DNA from: Patescibacteria group bacterium
GTDB taxonomy: Bacteria > Patescibacteriota > Dojkabacteria > J137
DNA: 64,000 nt
NCBI GenBank assembly: GCA_963169855.1
Contig: CAUJCN010000002.1
Location: 581,608-645,607, forward strand
Reading direction: 5' to 3'
Shown: piece by piece, positions 47,728 to 57,527 of the stretch
Numbering within the stretch: position 1 is the stretch's first letter
Layout of the letters: each line of letters begins with the position of its first letter
Notes under the pieces: model-generated
Databases searched by the model: none
What the model was told of the DNA's origin: nothing
What the model saw: the letters and a program-made list of their open reading frames with translations, nothing else
Program-made: the position numbers and the translations under genes

Positions 47728-49857
47728 ATGATTGATCTAGAAATTCTTAATCCTCCACAAAAAGAGGCTGTTTTACAGACAGATGGTCCTGTTCTTGTTC
47801 TTGCGGGTGCTGGATCAGGTAAAACAAGGGTTTTAACATACAGAACTGCATTCATACTGGGAACAGGTTTGGCGGGACCGGAAAATCTATTGATTCTGAC
47901 TTTTACAAATAAAGCTGCGGAAGAAATGAAGCACAGAGTTGCAGATATTCTTTCAAAAGAAAAAGAAACTAGCGGAATAAGAAATGTTCCTTGGATGGGA
48001 ACTTTTCACTCTGTTTGTGTAAAAATCTTGAGAAAATATGGAAACGCAATTGGAGTAGATCGAAACTTCGTAATTTATGATTCTTCTGATCAGACTGTTG
48101 CGATTAAGCATGCAATGGATAGAGCAAAGGTTTCTCAGAAAGACTTTAACCCAAATGCTATTCATAACTATATTTCTTCTGCTAAAAACGAGATGATTTC
48201 CGCTGCAGACTATGAAGATAGAGCTCAGGGATATTTCCAAAATGCTGTTGCAGCCGTTTATCCGCATTATCAGGCAATACTCTCGGAAAACAACGCCTTG
48301 GATTTCGATGATTTACTATTTAGAACAGTTCAGCTTGTTCAGCAGAGTAAAAGTGTAAGAGAAGTACTACAAGATACTTTCCGATATATTCTGGTTGATG
48401 AGTACCAAGATACCAATCACGCTCAGTATATGCTGATTAAAATACTTTCTGATAAACACAGAAACATTTGTTGTGTAGGAGACGATGATCAAAGTATTTA
48501 CTCATTCAGAGGTGCAAATATTAGAAATATTCTCTCGTATGAAAAGGATTTTCCTGATTCAAAAATTATCAAATTGGAGCAAAACTACAGATCAACGCAG
48601 ACGATTTTAGAAGCTTCTTATCAAGTTATTAGTAAGAATACAAAAAGGAAGGATAAAAAATTATGGACTGAGAACGAAGGCGGAGAAAAAATCGGAATTT
48701 ATCAAGGATTCGACGACGAAGACGAAAGTAGATGGATTGTTTCGAGAGCAGAGGAGTTTATGGAAAAGGGAACTTCTCTAAAGGAAATGGCAGTTTTGTA
48801 CAGAACTAATTCGCAATCCAGATCGTTAGAAGAAGCTTTTTTGAAAGCTGGAATTCCTTACAGAATTGTTGGAGGAATTCGATTCTATGATAGAAAAGAA
48901 ATTAAAGATTTAATCGCGTACCTTAGAGTTCTTTATAATCAAAAGGATTCAATTTCGTTCCAAAGAATCATCAATGTTCCAAAAAGAGGAATTGGAGATA
49001 AAACAGCTTCGGATTTTATGGAAGATGCAAGATCTCACGGGTTTTCCCCAGCGGAATACTTGGAATCGGCAGAATCACTAAATCCTAAAATAAAAGTATT
49101 TGCAGAAATTATTCACGATTTAAAAAAGAATTTAGAAACTAGAAGCATTGTTGATTTCATGACTTACATGCTCGAAAGAACTAGATACTTGGACGAATTC
49201 AAAGATGGAACAATAGAGTCAGAAAGTCGAATCGAAAATATCCAAGAACTTGTTAATGTAGCTTCAAAATATGAAGACATGCAGACTTCCGCAGCATTAG
49301 AAGCTTTTTTGGAAGAGGTTGGTCTTCTGGAAGGAAACAATACTAGCGAAGAGACTTTGGAATCAGTAACTCTAATGACAATCCATGCAGCTAAAGGTTT
49401 GGAATTCGAATACGTCTTTGTTTGTGGGATGGAAGAAAATTTGTTCCCACATTCAAATTCGTTAATGGATAGTTCGGAGATGGAAGAGGAGAGGAGGCTG
49501 GCTTACGTTGCGGTTACAAGAGCTAAAAAGAAGCTATTCTTAACCCATGCTCAAAAAAGAAAATATTTTGGTCAGACTCAGAGAAATATGAAATCCCGAT
49601 TTATTGGAGATATTTCTGAAGATTTGGTTGAAGATCTTTCGCCATCATTTTTATCGAGTGCAGATTTATGGGGAGACTCTCAATCTCCGGCACCAAAAGT
49701 AAGGGCTAGTTACTCTACCGGCGATGAGGTTAGGCATGAATATTTCGGTAAGGGTGTGATTGATTACATGGATGACGAAATTGTAATTGTAGATTTTGGA
49801 GGTGTTTATGGAAAAAAAGAGTTGATGATTGAATATGCAAAATTAACTAGGCTGTGA
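47728..49857 (+). CDS. pcrA: UvrD/PcrA helicase
   Basis: AGAGSGKT, TFTNKAA, VDEYQD, GDDDQSIY, TIHAAKGLE, YVAVTRA, C-terminal tudor. Confidence 0.95.
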   Translation: MIDLEILNPPQKEAVLQTDGPVLVLAGAGSGKTRVLTYRTAFILGTGLAGPENLLILTFTNKAAEEMKHRVADILSKEKETSGIRNVPWMGTFHSVCVKILRKYGNAIGVDRNFVIYDSSDQTVAIKHAMDRAKVSQKDFNPNAIHNYISSAKNEMISAADYEDRAQGYFQNAVAAVYPHYQAILSENNALDFDDLLFRTVQLVQQSKSVREVLQDTFRYILVDEYQDTNHAQYMLIKILSDKHRNICCVGDDDQSIYSFRGANIRNILSYEKDFPDSKIIKLEQNYRSTQTILEASYQVISKNTKRKDKKLWTENEGGEKIGIYQGFDDEDESRWIVSRAEEFMEKGTSLKEMAVLYRTNSQSRSLEEAFLKAGIPYRIVGGIRFYDRKEIKDLIAYLRVLYNQKDSISFQRIINVPKRGIGDKTASDFMEDARSHGFSPAEYLESAESLNPKIKVFAEIIHDLKKNLETRSIVDFMTYMLERTRYLDEFKDGTIESESRIENIQELVNVASKYEDMQTSAALEAFLEEVGLLEGNNTSEETLESVTLMTIHAAKGLEFEYVFVCGMEENLFPHSNSLMDSSEMEEERRLAYVAVTRAKKKLFLTHAQKRKYFGQTQRNMKSRFIGDISEDLVEDLSPSFLSSADLWGDSQSPAPKVRASYSTGDEVRHEYFGKGVIDYMDDEIVIVDFGGVYGKKELMIEYAKLTRL

Positions 49858-50160
49858 AATATTGTCATTTCGAGCTTGTCGAGAAAGAGACAATATTTTA
49901 ATTGAATCCCAATCTTCATTAATCAAAGCAAGCTTCTTTCCATGAGACCACCTTTTTATTTGTTTTTCGAAGTCAATTGCATCAATTATATTATTGAAAT
50001 CAAATGATTTTTTCATCGCCAATGGTCTTCTCGAATAGGTATAGCCTTTCTTGTTAAGTCCTTGATTATGTTCAGACAATCTTCGATCTAGGTTGTTTGT
50101 AACTCCTGTGTAAAAAGTGCCATCAGAACACTCAAGAATGTATACGTAGTAAATTTTCAT
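49843..50160 (-). CDS. Stand-alone GIY-YIG nuclease (YhbQ/UPF0213-like)
   Basis: YVYILEC.DGTFYTGVTNNL.RR..EH, YT..RRP, EKQIK.W. Confidence 0.92.
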   Translation of the reverse strand: MKIYYVYILECSDGTFYTGVTNNLDRRLSEHNQGLNKKGYTYSRRPLAMKKSFDFNNIIDAIDFEKQIKRWSHGKKLALINEDWDSIKILSLSRQARNDNISQPS

Positions 50161-50251
50161 AAGACAATCTTAGCTTGATGTTTGATAATATTCATTGTGC
50201 TAGAAGACAACTTTTGTAGCACTGTCGCATCTCGACAGGCTCGATGTGACA
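49863..50251 (-). mobile_element. GIY-YIG gene bracketed by inverted TGTCA...TGACA palindromic ends
   Basis: TGTCATTTCGAGCTTGTCGAGAAAGA (49863) and CATCTCGACAGGCTCGATGTGACA (50228). Confidence 0.7.
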
Positions 50252-50356
50252 GCTATCTTTACCAGCCAGACTAATCACCATATGCTTTATATAACTTCCG
50301 ATTCGGCTTTACAATGTTATTCAACGGGTGTATGATCATAAGTTTTGTCTTAAATT

Positions 50357-50686
50357 ATGGGAAACACAAGTTTCGGTATTTTGGGTTCGGGGTATGATTC
50401 ATATTCAGAGGTTAATCCAGCTCATTTGAGTTATTGTAATTCGTTGGCCAAGGCTCTTGGATTAGATGGTATAGAGATTATGCCGGAGTCTGTATCGTTC
50501 AGTAGAAGGTCGTGTGCTGCAACATTCAGAGTATTGGATCTTAATACAGACGAAACTAAAAAGGTTTGTATCTGTAAGAATGGAACTTTTCATATTACTG
50601 TTGATGGAGAAGCGATCGATTTCAAATCTTCAAAATACCCACAACTTCCTAATTGTCTTCAGCAAGTTTTCAGAGTAGAAGCGTAA
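50357..50686 (+). CDS. Hypothetical protein
   Basis: 109-aa ORF in intergenic gap. Confidence 0.5.
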   Translation: MGNTSFGILGSGYDSYSEVNPAHLSYCNSLAKALGLDGIEIMPESVSFSRRSCAATFRVLDLNTDETKKVCICKNGTFHITVDGEAIDFKSSKYPQLPNCLQQVFRVEA

Positions 50687-50707
50687 GCTTTCTGCTAAAA
50701 TCATTGT

Positions 50708-51385
50708 ATGAAAATTGATATTCTGACATTATTCCCAAATTCGTTTTCTTTCTTGCAGGAAAGTATTATGAAGCGTGCGAAAGAAAGCGGAGCTGTGGAG
50801 ATTAATATCCACAATATTCGAGACAAAGCTACTGATAAGCATAAAACTGCTGACGATAGACCTTTCGGAGGTGGGCCAGGAATGTTAATGAAGTTCGAGC
50901 CAATTTATAGATCTCTTAAATCTATTGGAGTTTATCCCGAAAGAGATGCTTCAACAAAAGTTCTATTCACCTCACCTAAAGGATCAAAATGGACCCAGTC
51001 TATGGCTCAGGAATTCTCTCAAAATATAGATCGGTTGGTTATCATTTGTGGTCATTACGAAGGTGTGGATCAAAGAGTTTTGGATGAATTGGTAGACGCC
51101 GAAATTAGTATTGGAGATTACGTTTTATCTGGAGGAGAGCTTCCTGCACAAATTATTGTAGATTCGATTGTTAGGCTTATTCCAGGCGTTCTAGGAAACG
51201 AAGAGTCACCAATTAAGGAAACTGAATTTAAAGATGGTGAGGTTATTCCAGAGGCTCCTCAATATACCCGACCTGAGATCTTTGTAACAGACGAAGGGAA
51301 AGAGCTTAAAGTTCCAGATATTCTTCTTAGTGGTCATCACGCAGAAATAGAAAAGTGGAGAAATCAACACAGATCTTCTAATTAA
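50708..51385 (+). CDS. trmD: tRNA (guanine-N1)-methyltransferase
   Basis: DDRPFGGGPGM, CGHYEGVDQR, SIGDYVLSGGE, PQYTRP, LLSGHH. Confidence 0.97.
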   Translation: MKIDILTLFPNSFSFLQESIMKRAKESGAVEINIHNIRDKATDKHKTADDRPFGGGPGMLMKFEPIYRSLKSIGVYPERDASTKVLFTSPKGSKWTQSMAQEFSQNIDRLVIICGHYEGVDQRVLDELVDAEISIGDYVLSGGELPAQIIVDSIVRLIPGVLGNEESPIKETEFKDGEVIPEAPQYTRPEIFVTDEGKELKVPDILLSGHHAEIEKWRNQHRSSN

Positions 51386-51530
51386 ACAGTCCCCGCTAAC
51401 TAATTATTAATCCAAACGAATTTGTACACACCAGTGCTCCCGATGTTACGAAATAAAATGTTACGCAAATTTACGTAACATTAGGCGCGAAAAATGGATA
51501 AGTTTGTCAAAATTGTAGGTAAAGATGGGA

Positions 51531-53801
51531 TTATTTAATAACTCGTTTGATTAATTCTTCAGTGAAAAGTGCGCCATGGAAAGGATGGAAAAGTGCTTCC
51601 GCAATTTCGGTAGGAAGTGCGACTAGTTTTGTCTTTGCATCAGCTGTAACTATGTAGCTATACCTTTCTCCAGTTGGTAGAGTAGCAGAAATGGTCAAAC
51701 TATCTCCGGTTTCAAGTTTCTTGAAACTTCCAAGTTTAATAGCTGGAGAAATTAACTCGCTTTTGCCATTTCTCGAATATCGTAGTGTTAGTCCTGATTT
51801 ATTAATAAAGCTTAGCGAACCGTCTAGCTTGTTTGTGATGTTAATAATTGGAGTTATGAATACATTTTCTTGGTTAATTTCAATGTCTTGTAATGTACCT
51901 GCACGTCTTAAATCATTAAGTCTTTCCTTCAGTTCGTCGAAATATTTATCCAGAATAGTATTAGATTCATTAATTTTTAAGTGTAATTTAGCAATGGCTT
52001 CTGAATGTAGTCTCTTTAATTCCTCGCTACTTTCAGCATCGCTTAGTGTAATATCTTCTGAAAGTTCACTTTGTGAACTCTTTAATTCTCTAAAAATAGC
52101 TTCGTAATTTCTCTCGGGTGCGTTAAGTAAGTTGGTTAGCGCAGATGTTTTTTCTTCTAGCCTCTGTAAAATAGCCCTTAGTTTATCTGGCATTTGTGGA
52201 CCAACCTCCGCTACTGGAGCTTCTTTGGAGGGAGTCGTCACTGGGCTTTGTGGAATGATTGGAGTAAGATTTCCTGTTAAAGGCTGCCCAGCTTTCTCGG
52301 CAGGTTTTTCTGCACCAACTTTACTTGCAAGTTTTTGAACAAGATCTACCAATGCAACGATATTAGGATTTTCGTCCTGAATTAGTCTATCAATTGCAGC
52401 TTGAATATCTGGAGTAAGAGCTGAAGACCCTCCTGATAAAAAGAATTTGGTCACAATCGCTACATCTGGATTGATAGTATCGTTGAATTTTTCTTTTGGT
52501 TTAAATCCGTTTAGGGTTCTAGTTAAATCTTCTTTGTATGATCGTTCTGTAGTAGGACTTTCTTTTCTTTTCTCACCCAGTTTGTACCCAACGATTTGGA
52601 AAGCAATTTTGTCAAAAAAGATTCCCAAGCTAGATTCCAATACTCCTTGTGCAATCTCCCAATCTTTACCTAATTTATCCAAAGTTTTTGGAGCAGAGTT
52701 GAATGTGTTCTTCGCTTTTTCAATTTCTGTAGCTAGTTCCTCTGTAGGGGTTTTCATTCCGTTGATTATTTCTTGAAGTTCAGAAAGAAGCTGACGATTC
52801 TTTGTATCTCTCTGTGTATCCTCCTCAGTATCTGATCTAATTTCAGTAACAAGTAACGCACGATTCATTGTGCTAAATGTCATAAGATCGGAATTGTTTA
52901 GATCAAGCTGGGCTATACGGTTGAACTGTACTTGCATCTCTTCGGTTCTTCTGATCATTTCGTCGTTTGATATTATATTACTATCAATATCAGAAAGTAA
53001 TTCCTCTGCCTTTTCGTGAATTTGCTGTATTGTTTGATCTGTACCTTCCAAATAAGAACGGGCACTCTCGATATCTTCTACTTGCTGTCCTGTAAGATGG
53101 GCATTAAAGTAAATTACTAAGTTATTAAGAGCGTTGATTGATTCACTAAGAGCAGCTTTCACTTCATCTCTTGCATCTATCATTTCTGATGTGTTTGGTC
53201 CTTGTTTTTGTCTGTCGGATAGTTTTGATAGTGCAGCTGTTATCTGTGCTTTAGCTTTCTTTCTAGCTTCCGCCACAGAATCGTTCATGTTTTCTGGAGT
53301 TAGGTTGTCTACATCGATTTTGTAAGCTAACTTTGTAAATTCTAGAATCATCGCACCAAGCCCAATATTTTCAAACATTTGCTCTAAAAGCTTATGAGAG
53401 GGATGCTCTTTCGCCTCAGAGACCGGTAGCTTCTCTTTGTATTCTAGATAGGAAGTTAAAAAATTCTTTGCATAGTTTTTTACTTCGATAGCACGCACAG
53501 CAGGTGTTTGTACTGTCTCGGCAGAACTTCCTGGAGCTTGAGCCATAGAACTCATTCTTGTTAAAGCTTCGGCTCTCTTTCTCCTTTCGGTATACTGTTC
53601 TTCAACTTTTATAAGACTTTGCTCGAGTCGACTGAGTTCTTCTGATCCCAAAGTTCTTACATATTCTGGAAGTGAAATTTTCTGTGCAGCTAACATCTGC
53701 TCAATTTTGCTAACTATTGCGTTTTCGTTTATTCGTCCGAGATCTACAGGTGCTTTTAGAGGTGGAAAGGGCTTATTTGTATTTAATGCAGATTCTGCCA
53801 T
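51531..53801 (-). CDS. Large orphan helical/coiled-coil protein
   Basis: 756 aa; helical repeats, Pro-rich linker, beta-rich C-terminus. Confidence 0.7.
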   Translation of the reverse strand: MAESALNTNKPFPPLKAPVDLGRINENAIVSKIEQMLAAQKISLPEYVRTLGSEELSRLEQSLIKVEEQYTERRKRAEALTRMSSMAQAPGSSAETVQTPAVRAIEVKNYAKNFLTSYLEYKEKLPVSEAKEHPSHKLLEQMFENIGLGAMILEFTKLAYKIDVDNLTPENMNDSVAEARKKAKAQITAALSKLSDRQKQGPNTSEMIDARDEVKAALSESINALNNLVIYFNAHLTGQQVEDIESARSYLEGTDQTIQQIHEKAEELLSDIDSNIISNDEMIRRTEEMQVQFNRIAQLDLNNSDLMTFSTMNRALLVTEIRSDTEEDTQRDTKNRQLLSELQEIINGMKTPTEELATEIEKAKNTFNSAPKTLDKLGKDWEIAQGVLESSLGIFFDKIAFQIVGYKLGEKRKESPTTERSYKEDLTRTLNGFKPKEKFNDTINPDVAIVTKFFLSGGSSALTPDIQAAIDRLIQDENPNIVALVDLVQKLASKVGAEKPAEKAGQPLTGNLTPIIPQSPVTTPSKEAPVAEVGPQMPDKLRAILQRLEEKTSALTNLLNAPERNYEAIFRELKSSQSELSEDITLSDAESSEELKRLHSEAIAKLHLKINESNTILDKYFDELKERLNDLRRAGTLQDIEINQENVFITPIINITNKLDGSLSFINKSGLTLRYSRNGKSELISPAIKLGSFKKLETGDSLTISATLPTGERYSYIVTADAKTKLVALPTEIAEALFHPFHGALFTEELIKRVIK

Positions 53802-53843
53802 TCAATAATCATATCAGATATTAATTAGTGTTAAAATAGGCGT

Positions 53844-54671
53844 ATGATACAGAAGAAATTCACATATTCACAAAATTTTGTAAAAAGCCCAGGTTTAATC
53901 AGGGGACTTTTAGATAAAACAAATATTGGCCTCGAAGATGTAGTATTGGATATTGGAGCAGGTAGAGGAAAAATTACAAAAGAATTATGTAAGGTTGCAG
54001 GAAGTGTAATTGCATACGAGCAAGATAGGACATTCTGGGATCTTTTGAAAGAGATTAAGGATGACAAAGAAGTTAATCCAAGAAACAATTTAAATTTAGT
54101 CTTTCAAGACTTTTTAAAAGCATATTTGCCTCAGGATAAATACAAAGTCTTTTCGAACATTCCATTTAATCAAACTGCAAGAATTGTAGAAAAACTATTG
54201 TTGGGAAAGAATCCCCCAGTTAGTACTTATCTTTTTATGCAATTCGAAGCAGCAAGAAGATATGTTGGAAGGCCAATTGGAAGGGAAATGATGCTATCAA
54301 TAATTCTAAAACATTCGTTCAAAACTAAAATCATTCATAATTTTGATGCAGAAGATTTCACCCCACCTCCAGGAGTTCAAGTTGTGTTGGTTGAATTCAT
54401 AAGAAATGAAGATTTTAATCAACAGGAATTTAGAAAATTTGGTCAGTTTGTAAAATTCTTCTTCAAATTAGGTCATCCAGAATTAATAAAGTCACTTAGA
54501 AAAATCTTTACAGAACCACAAGTTCAGAAAATGTTCTCGAACTTTCAAATGAAAAGAGACGCTACTTTAGGAGATATTGGAATTAGAGAATGGACTGAAA
54601 TCTACGATGTGTTTAATACTCTTGTAGACGATAAAAAAAGAAGAATCATCTACGGAATCGAGAAAAGCTAG
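53844..54671 (+). CDS. Erm/KsgA-family rRNA adenine-N6 methyltransferase (Erm-like)
   Basis: YSQNF, DIGAGRG, SNIPF, F.PPP.V. Confidence 0.82.
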   Translation: MIQKKFTYSQNFVKSPGLIRGLLDKTNIGLEDVVLDIGAGRGKITKELCKVAGSVIAYEQDRTFWDLLKEIKDDKEVNPRNNLNLVFQDFLKAYLPQDKYKVFSNIPFNQTARIVEKLLLGKNPPVSTYLFMQFEAARRYVGRPIGREMMLSIILKHSFKTKIIHNFDAEDFTPPPGVQVVLVEFIRNEDFNQQEFRKFGQFVKFFFKLGHPELIKSLRKIFTEPQVQKMFSNFQMKRDATLGDIGIREWTEIYDVFNTLVDDKKRRIIYGIEKS

Positions 54672-55414
54672 TAGAGTAATCCTGTCTTCGCAAGTTCTCC
54701 AACAAAGTGTGTTACAAACAAGTTATCCAAAGACGATTTACTTTCGTTTCCAATTAAATTTCTGTCTGTAAGATTTTTTTGGAGAGCTTTGCTTGCAGGA
54801 TCTTCCGCGATAGGGAATGTTTCGAGATCAGGAATAGTTCCTCTCATCATTCTGTCTGTAATTATGAATGCTTCTTCGAGCCGTTTTAGTATTGTTTGGA
54901 TAAGCGGAGTGGAATTTAAAACTCTTATTCCTGATGCTGCAATGCCTTGTTTTGTTTCTTCGGATAACTTTTTGTTGAATTCCTCTCTTATTACTTTTCT
55001 GGCTTCGTTTGCCTTCTTGCTTGCTTCACGGTTCGCTGTCATTTGTTCTGGAATGCTCATAGTAGAAGCCGGATCTATTTGCATAGTAATAGGTGAAGGT
55101 AATTTTAAGACATCAAATATAGAAAGAACTATGTTTCTTACTATAGATCTAAGTCTAATTTGTTCTTCCAAATTCAGCAACTCCGATTCTTCAACCAAAT
55201 CTTTGAAGAGCCACTTCATATCGATAGATTTCAAAACAACATCTAAAAAGGCATTTCTAATTTCTGGTGTTTTTTCTGGAAAACGATTTGTATCTGTAAG
55301 TTCTTCTCCTTCCGGGTAGTATTTATCTACTGTCTCAGATATTAATCTTATGAATCTTTCTTGTTCAATAAATAATCCTTGTCGCCAATCGTCTCCTCTT
55401 TCAAAATCAACCAT
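54668..55414 (-). CDS. Hypothetical helical protein
   Basis: 248-aa ORF. Confidence 0.6.
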   Translation of the reverse strand: MVDFERGDDWRQGLFIEQERFIRLISETVDKYYPEGEELTDTNRFPEKTPEIRNAFLDVVLKSIDMKWLFKDLVEESELLNLEEQIRLRSIVRNIVLSIFDVLKLPSPITMQIDPASTMSIPEQMTANREASKKANEARKVIREEFNKKLSEETKQGIAASGIRVLNSTPLIQTILKRLEEAFIITDRMMRGTIPDLETFPIAEDPASKALQKNLTDRNLIGNESKSSLDNLFVTHFVGELAKTGLLY

Positions 55415-55447
55415 AAATAAGTATTAACTCTATGGTTTATTCTACCA

Positions 55448-56167
55448 TTAAAATTTTTCTGTAAAGTGCATTTTCTCTTCAAAGAAAATCTCGCCCTTGA
55501 ATCCGTCGATCCACTCAACATCGTGTAAGAATCCTTCAAAACTTTCAAAATGATTAGTTACTTTTTCTTTGAATTCACTTTGTTTAATCCATTCGTATTT
55601 TCCTTCGGGGCTTTGATGAAGTTCTCCAGTTGGGTTATGAACGACAAACATATACATGAATTTATCTTCAACAACTTTTCTTTCGGTATTATCTTTTTTG
55701 TCTATTACAACATAGTGTCGAATTCCAACTAAAAAAGGTTCTCCTTTTAATCCAGCTTCTTCCATCATTTCTCGTTCCGCAGCTTCTGTAGCAAATTCTC
55801 CATACTGAACTTTTCCAGACATAAATCCTTGAGCTCCATAAAATGGTTGCTTTAATCGTGTATAAATCAGATATTCTTTCTCAGCTCCTTCTCCTCGAGT
55901 TGGGCAAACCCAAGCACTGATCTTAGCTTGCTTCATAATTTTTACAGTTTCGGTATCCATCTGATTAGCGTATTCTTTTCCTTTAGTAGTTAACCGATAA
56001 CCGCTTTCGTCTTTGCTTACCAAATCAGAATCAACAAGTTCGTTCAAATGAAAACTGAATTTATTGTTTTCCATTTCCTCGTTTGGTTTCAGCTTAGAGT
56101 AGGGTAGAGATTGAGAGAATAGAAGCTTGTTTAAAATTTGCAGCTGAATATCGTGTAGTTGTTTCAT
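55448..56167 (-). CDS. wHTH-Nudix fusion, putative regulator
   Basis: N-terminal FSFHLNELV..YRLT.KG winged helix; Nudix GKVQYGE...AAEREMMEEAG. Confidence 0.82.
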   Translation of the reverse strand: MKQLHDIQLQILNKLLFSQSLPYSKLKPNEEMENNKFSFHLNELVDSDLVSKDESGYRLTTKGKEYANQMDTETVKIMKQAKISAWVCPTRGEGAEKEYLIYTRLKQPFYGAQGFMSGKVQYGEFATEAAEREMMEEAGLKGEPFLVGIRHYVVIDKKDNTERKVVEDKFMYMFVVHNPTGELHQSPEGKYEWIKQSEFKEKVTNHFESFEGFLHDVEWIDGFKGEIFFEEKMHFTEKF

Positions 56168-56366
56168 AAGAGTATTGTAATTTCGCTTAAAGCCCTGTGC
56201 GTTAGCGGTAGGGCTTTAGCGAAGAATTTAATTAAAGTAGCGGAGCTTCTTCAACAACAAGACCAAGTAAACGGCTTTAGCACGTGTTTGGTCTTATTTT
56301 AACTACTTGGAGTTTAAATCTCAAAGGAGATAATTTGTAAGTCAACTCAAGTTGACTAGCTCAATA

Positions 56367-56591
56367 TTATTGTTCTGTTTGTCTTCCGAACTCTTGTAGT
56401 TTTAGTATTAATCGAGCATCAGAAGCTACTTTGAGTTCCTCGATCAAACCGAATAATCGAAATACTGCTTCGGATACTATAAAAGCTTCCTCTCCAACTT
56501 TTATTACTATTTCGTTTCCTAGAACTTGTGCCGTCCTTTTTGCACCGTTCATAGGGATAAATGTATGTACGATTGTTAAATCTCCCTCCAT
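56367..56591 (-). CDS. Small hypothetical protein
   Basis: 74-aa ORF following the SGNH gene. Confidence 0.45.
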   Translation of the reverse strand: MEGDLTIVHTFIPMNGAKRTAQVLGNEIVIKVGEEAFIVSEAVFRLFGLIEELKVASDARLILKLQEFGRQTEQ

Positions 56592-56596
56592 ATTAA

Positions 56597-57277
56597 TTAT
56601 TTAATGATTATTTTCTCTGCAATTGCTTTGTAAGCAGAGTCGCTTAAATGATTCACAGTAAATCCATCCTTGTATTCAGATTTTCTAACACTTTGATTAT
56701 TAGGATCAGAAATTATTGATGATGTATCGATAATTCCAGCAAATTCGTTTTCTTTTGATTCGATCCAATCATTCAACTCGAATCTTTCTTTAACCATTTG
56801 TGGAGAATTGTTATCTCGTGGAGTAACTGTAAAAGCGTAGATCTGATAATCAAGTTCTTGGTAAAAGTTGTGAATTTCTTGTAGATCTTTTTGAATCTCT
56901 TCTGAAGTTCTCGAAGCAGAAATATCGTTAATTCCTCCCCAAACAAAAACTATGTCTGGATTGTATTGAACAGCTTCTTCTTTTCTCTGATTAATCATGG
57001 AAGTTGTATCGCCATTATTTCCAAGATTCACAAAAGTGTGGAAAGGGTATTTTAGTTTTAGTCTATCGGATAAGTTAAGTTCTGGACTTCCATTTTCCCA
57101 TTTACCAAAAGTTAAACTATCGCCAATCATAACGATTGTTTTCGGAACAATAAATTCTTTAACTGTAAACGCAGAAACAACAATCGGCTTCATGCTTGCA
57201 ACAAATAGGGCAGTGGAAATAGTAAACATCAGGAATGTTTTTGCATATGTCCAAAATCTCCAGTTACTTTGCCACAT
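56597..57277 (-). CDS. SGNH/GDSL hydrolase
   Basis: IGDSLT, NLG.NGDT, GGIND, NHL. Confidence 0.87.
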   Translation of the reverse strand: MWQSNWRFWTYAKTFLMFTISTALFVASMKPIVVSAFTVKEFIVPKTIVMIGDSLTFGKWENGSPELNLSDRLKLKYPFHTFVNLGNNGDTTSMINQRKEEAVQYNPDIVFVWGGINDISASRTSEEIQKDLQEIHNFYQELDYQIYAFTVTPRDNNSPQMVKERFELNDWIESKENEFAGIIDTSSIISDPNNQSVRKSEYKDGFTVNHLSDSAYKAIAEKIIIK

Positions 57278-57405
57278 AAGGGTTTAATAAGTGACGAAGT
57301 TTATCACGAAATTAATGTTTTAGGAAAATTTTTCAATAATGGTATTGTTAGTTATTGGGATTTGATTTTTGGATACAGTTCGACAAGCTCACTGTGAAAT
57401 TTTAT

Positions 57406-57500
57406 AGGAAGATAGAAGCAACAGCTCTCGTAGGTATTGTAAACAGTAATGAAAGAGCCTTGTCCGTGATAAAACTTGGACGCGTTGCTCCTATCTTCCT
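57406..57500 (-). ncRNA. Candidate three-way-junction RNA structure downstream of the GC-rich ORF
   Basis: 17-bp closing stem (one G-U on minus strand) enclosing two hairpins. Confidence 0.45.
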
Positions 57501-57527
57501 CCTAGCGCCGCCTACGTCCTCGAGGAC

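Noticed and set aside
57406-57500. Hammerhead or other self-cleaving ribozyme
   Set aside because: No CUGANGA/GAAA core in the right junction positions on either strand
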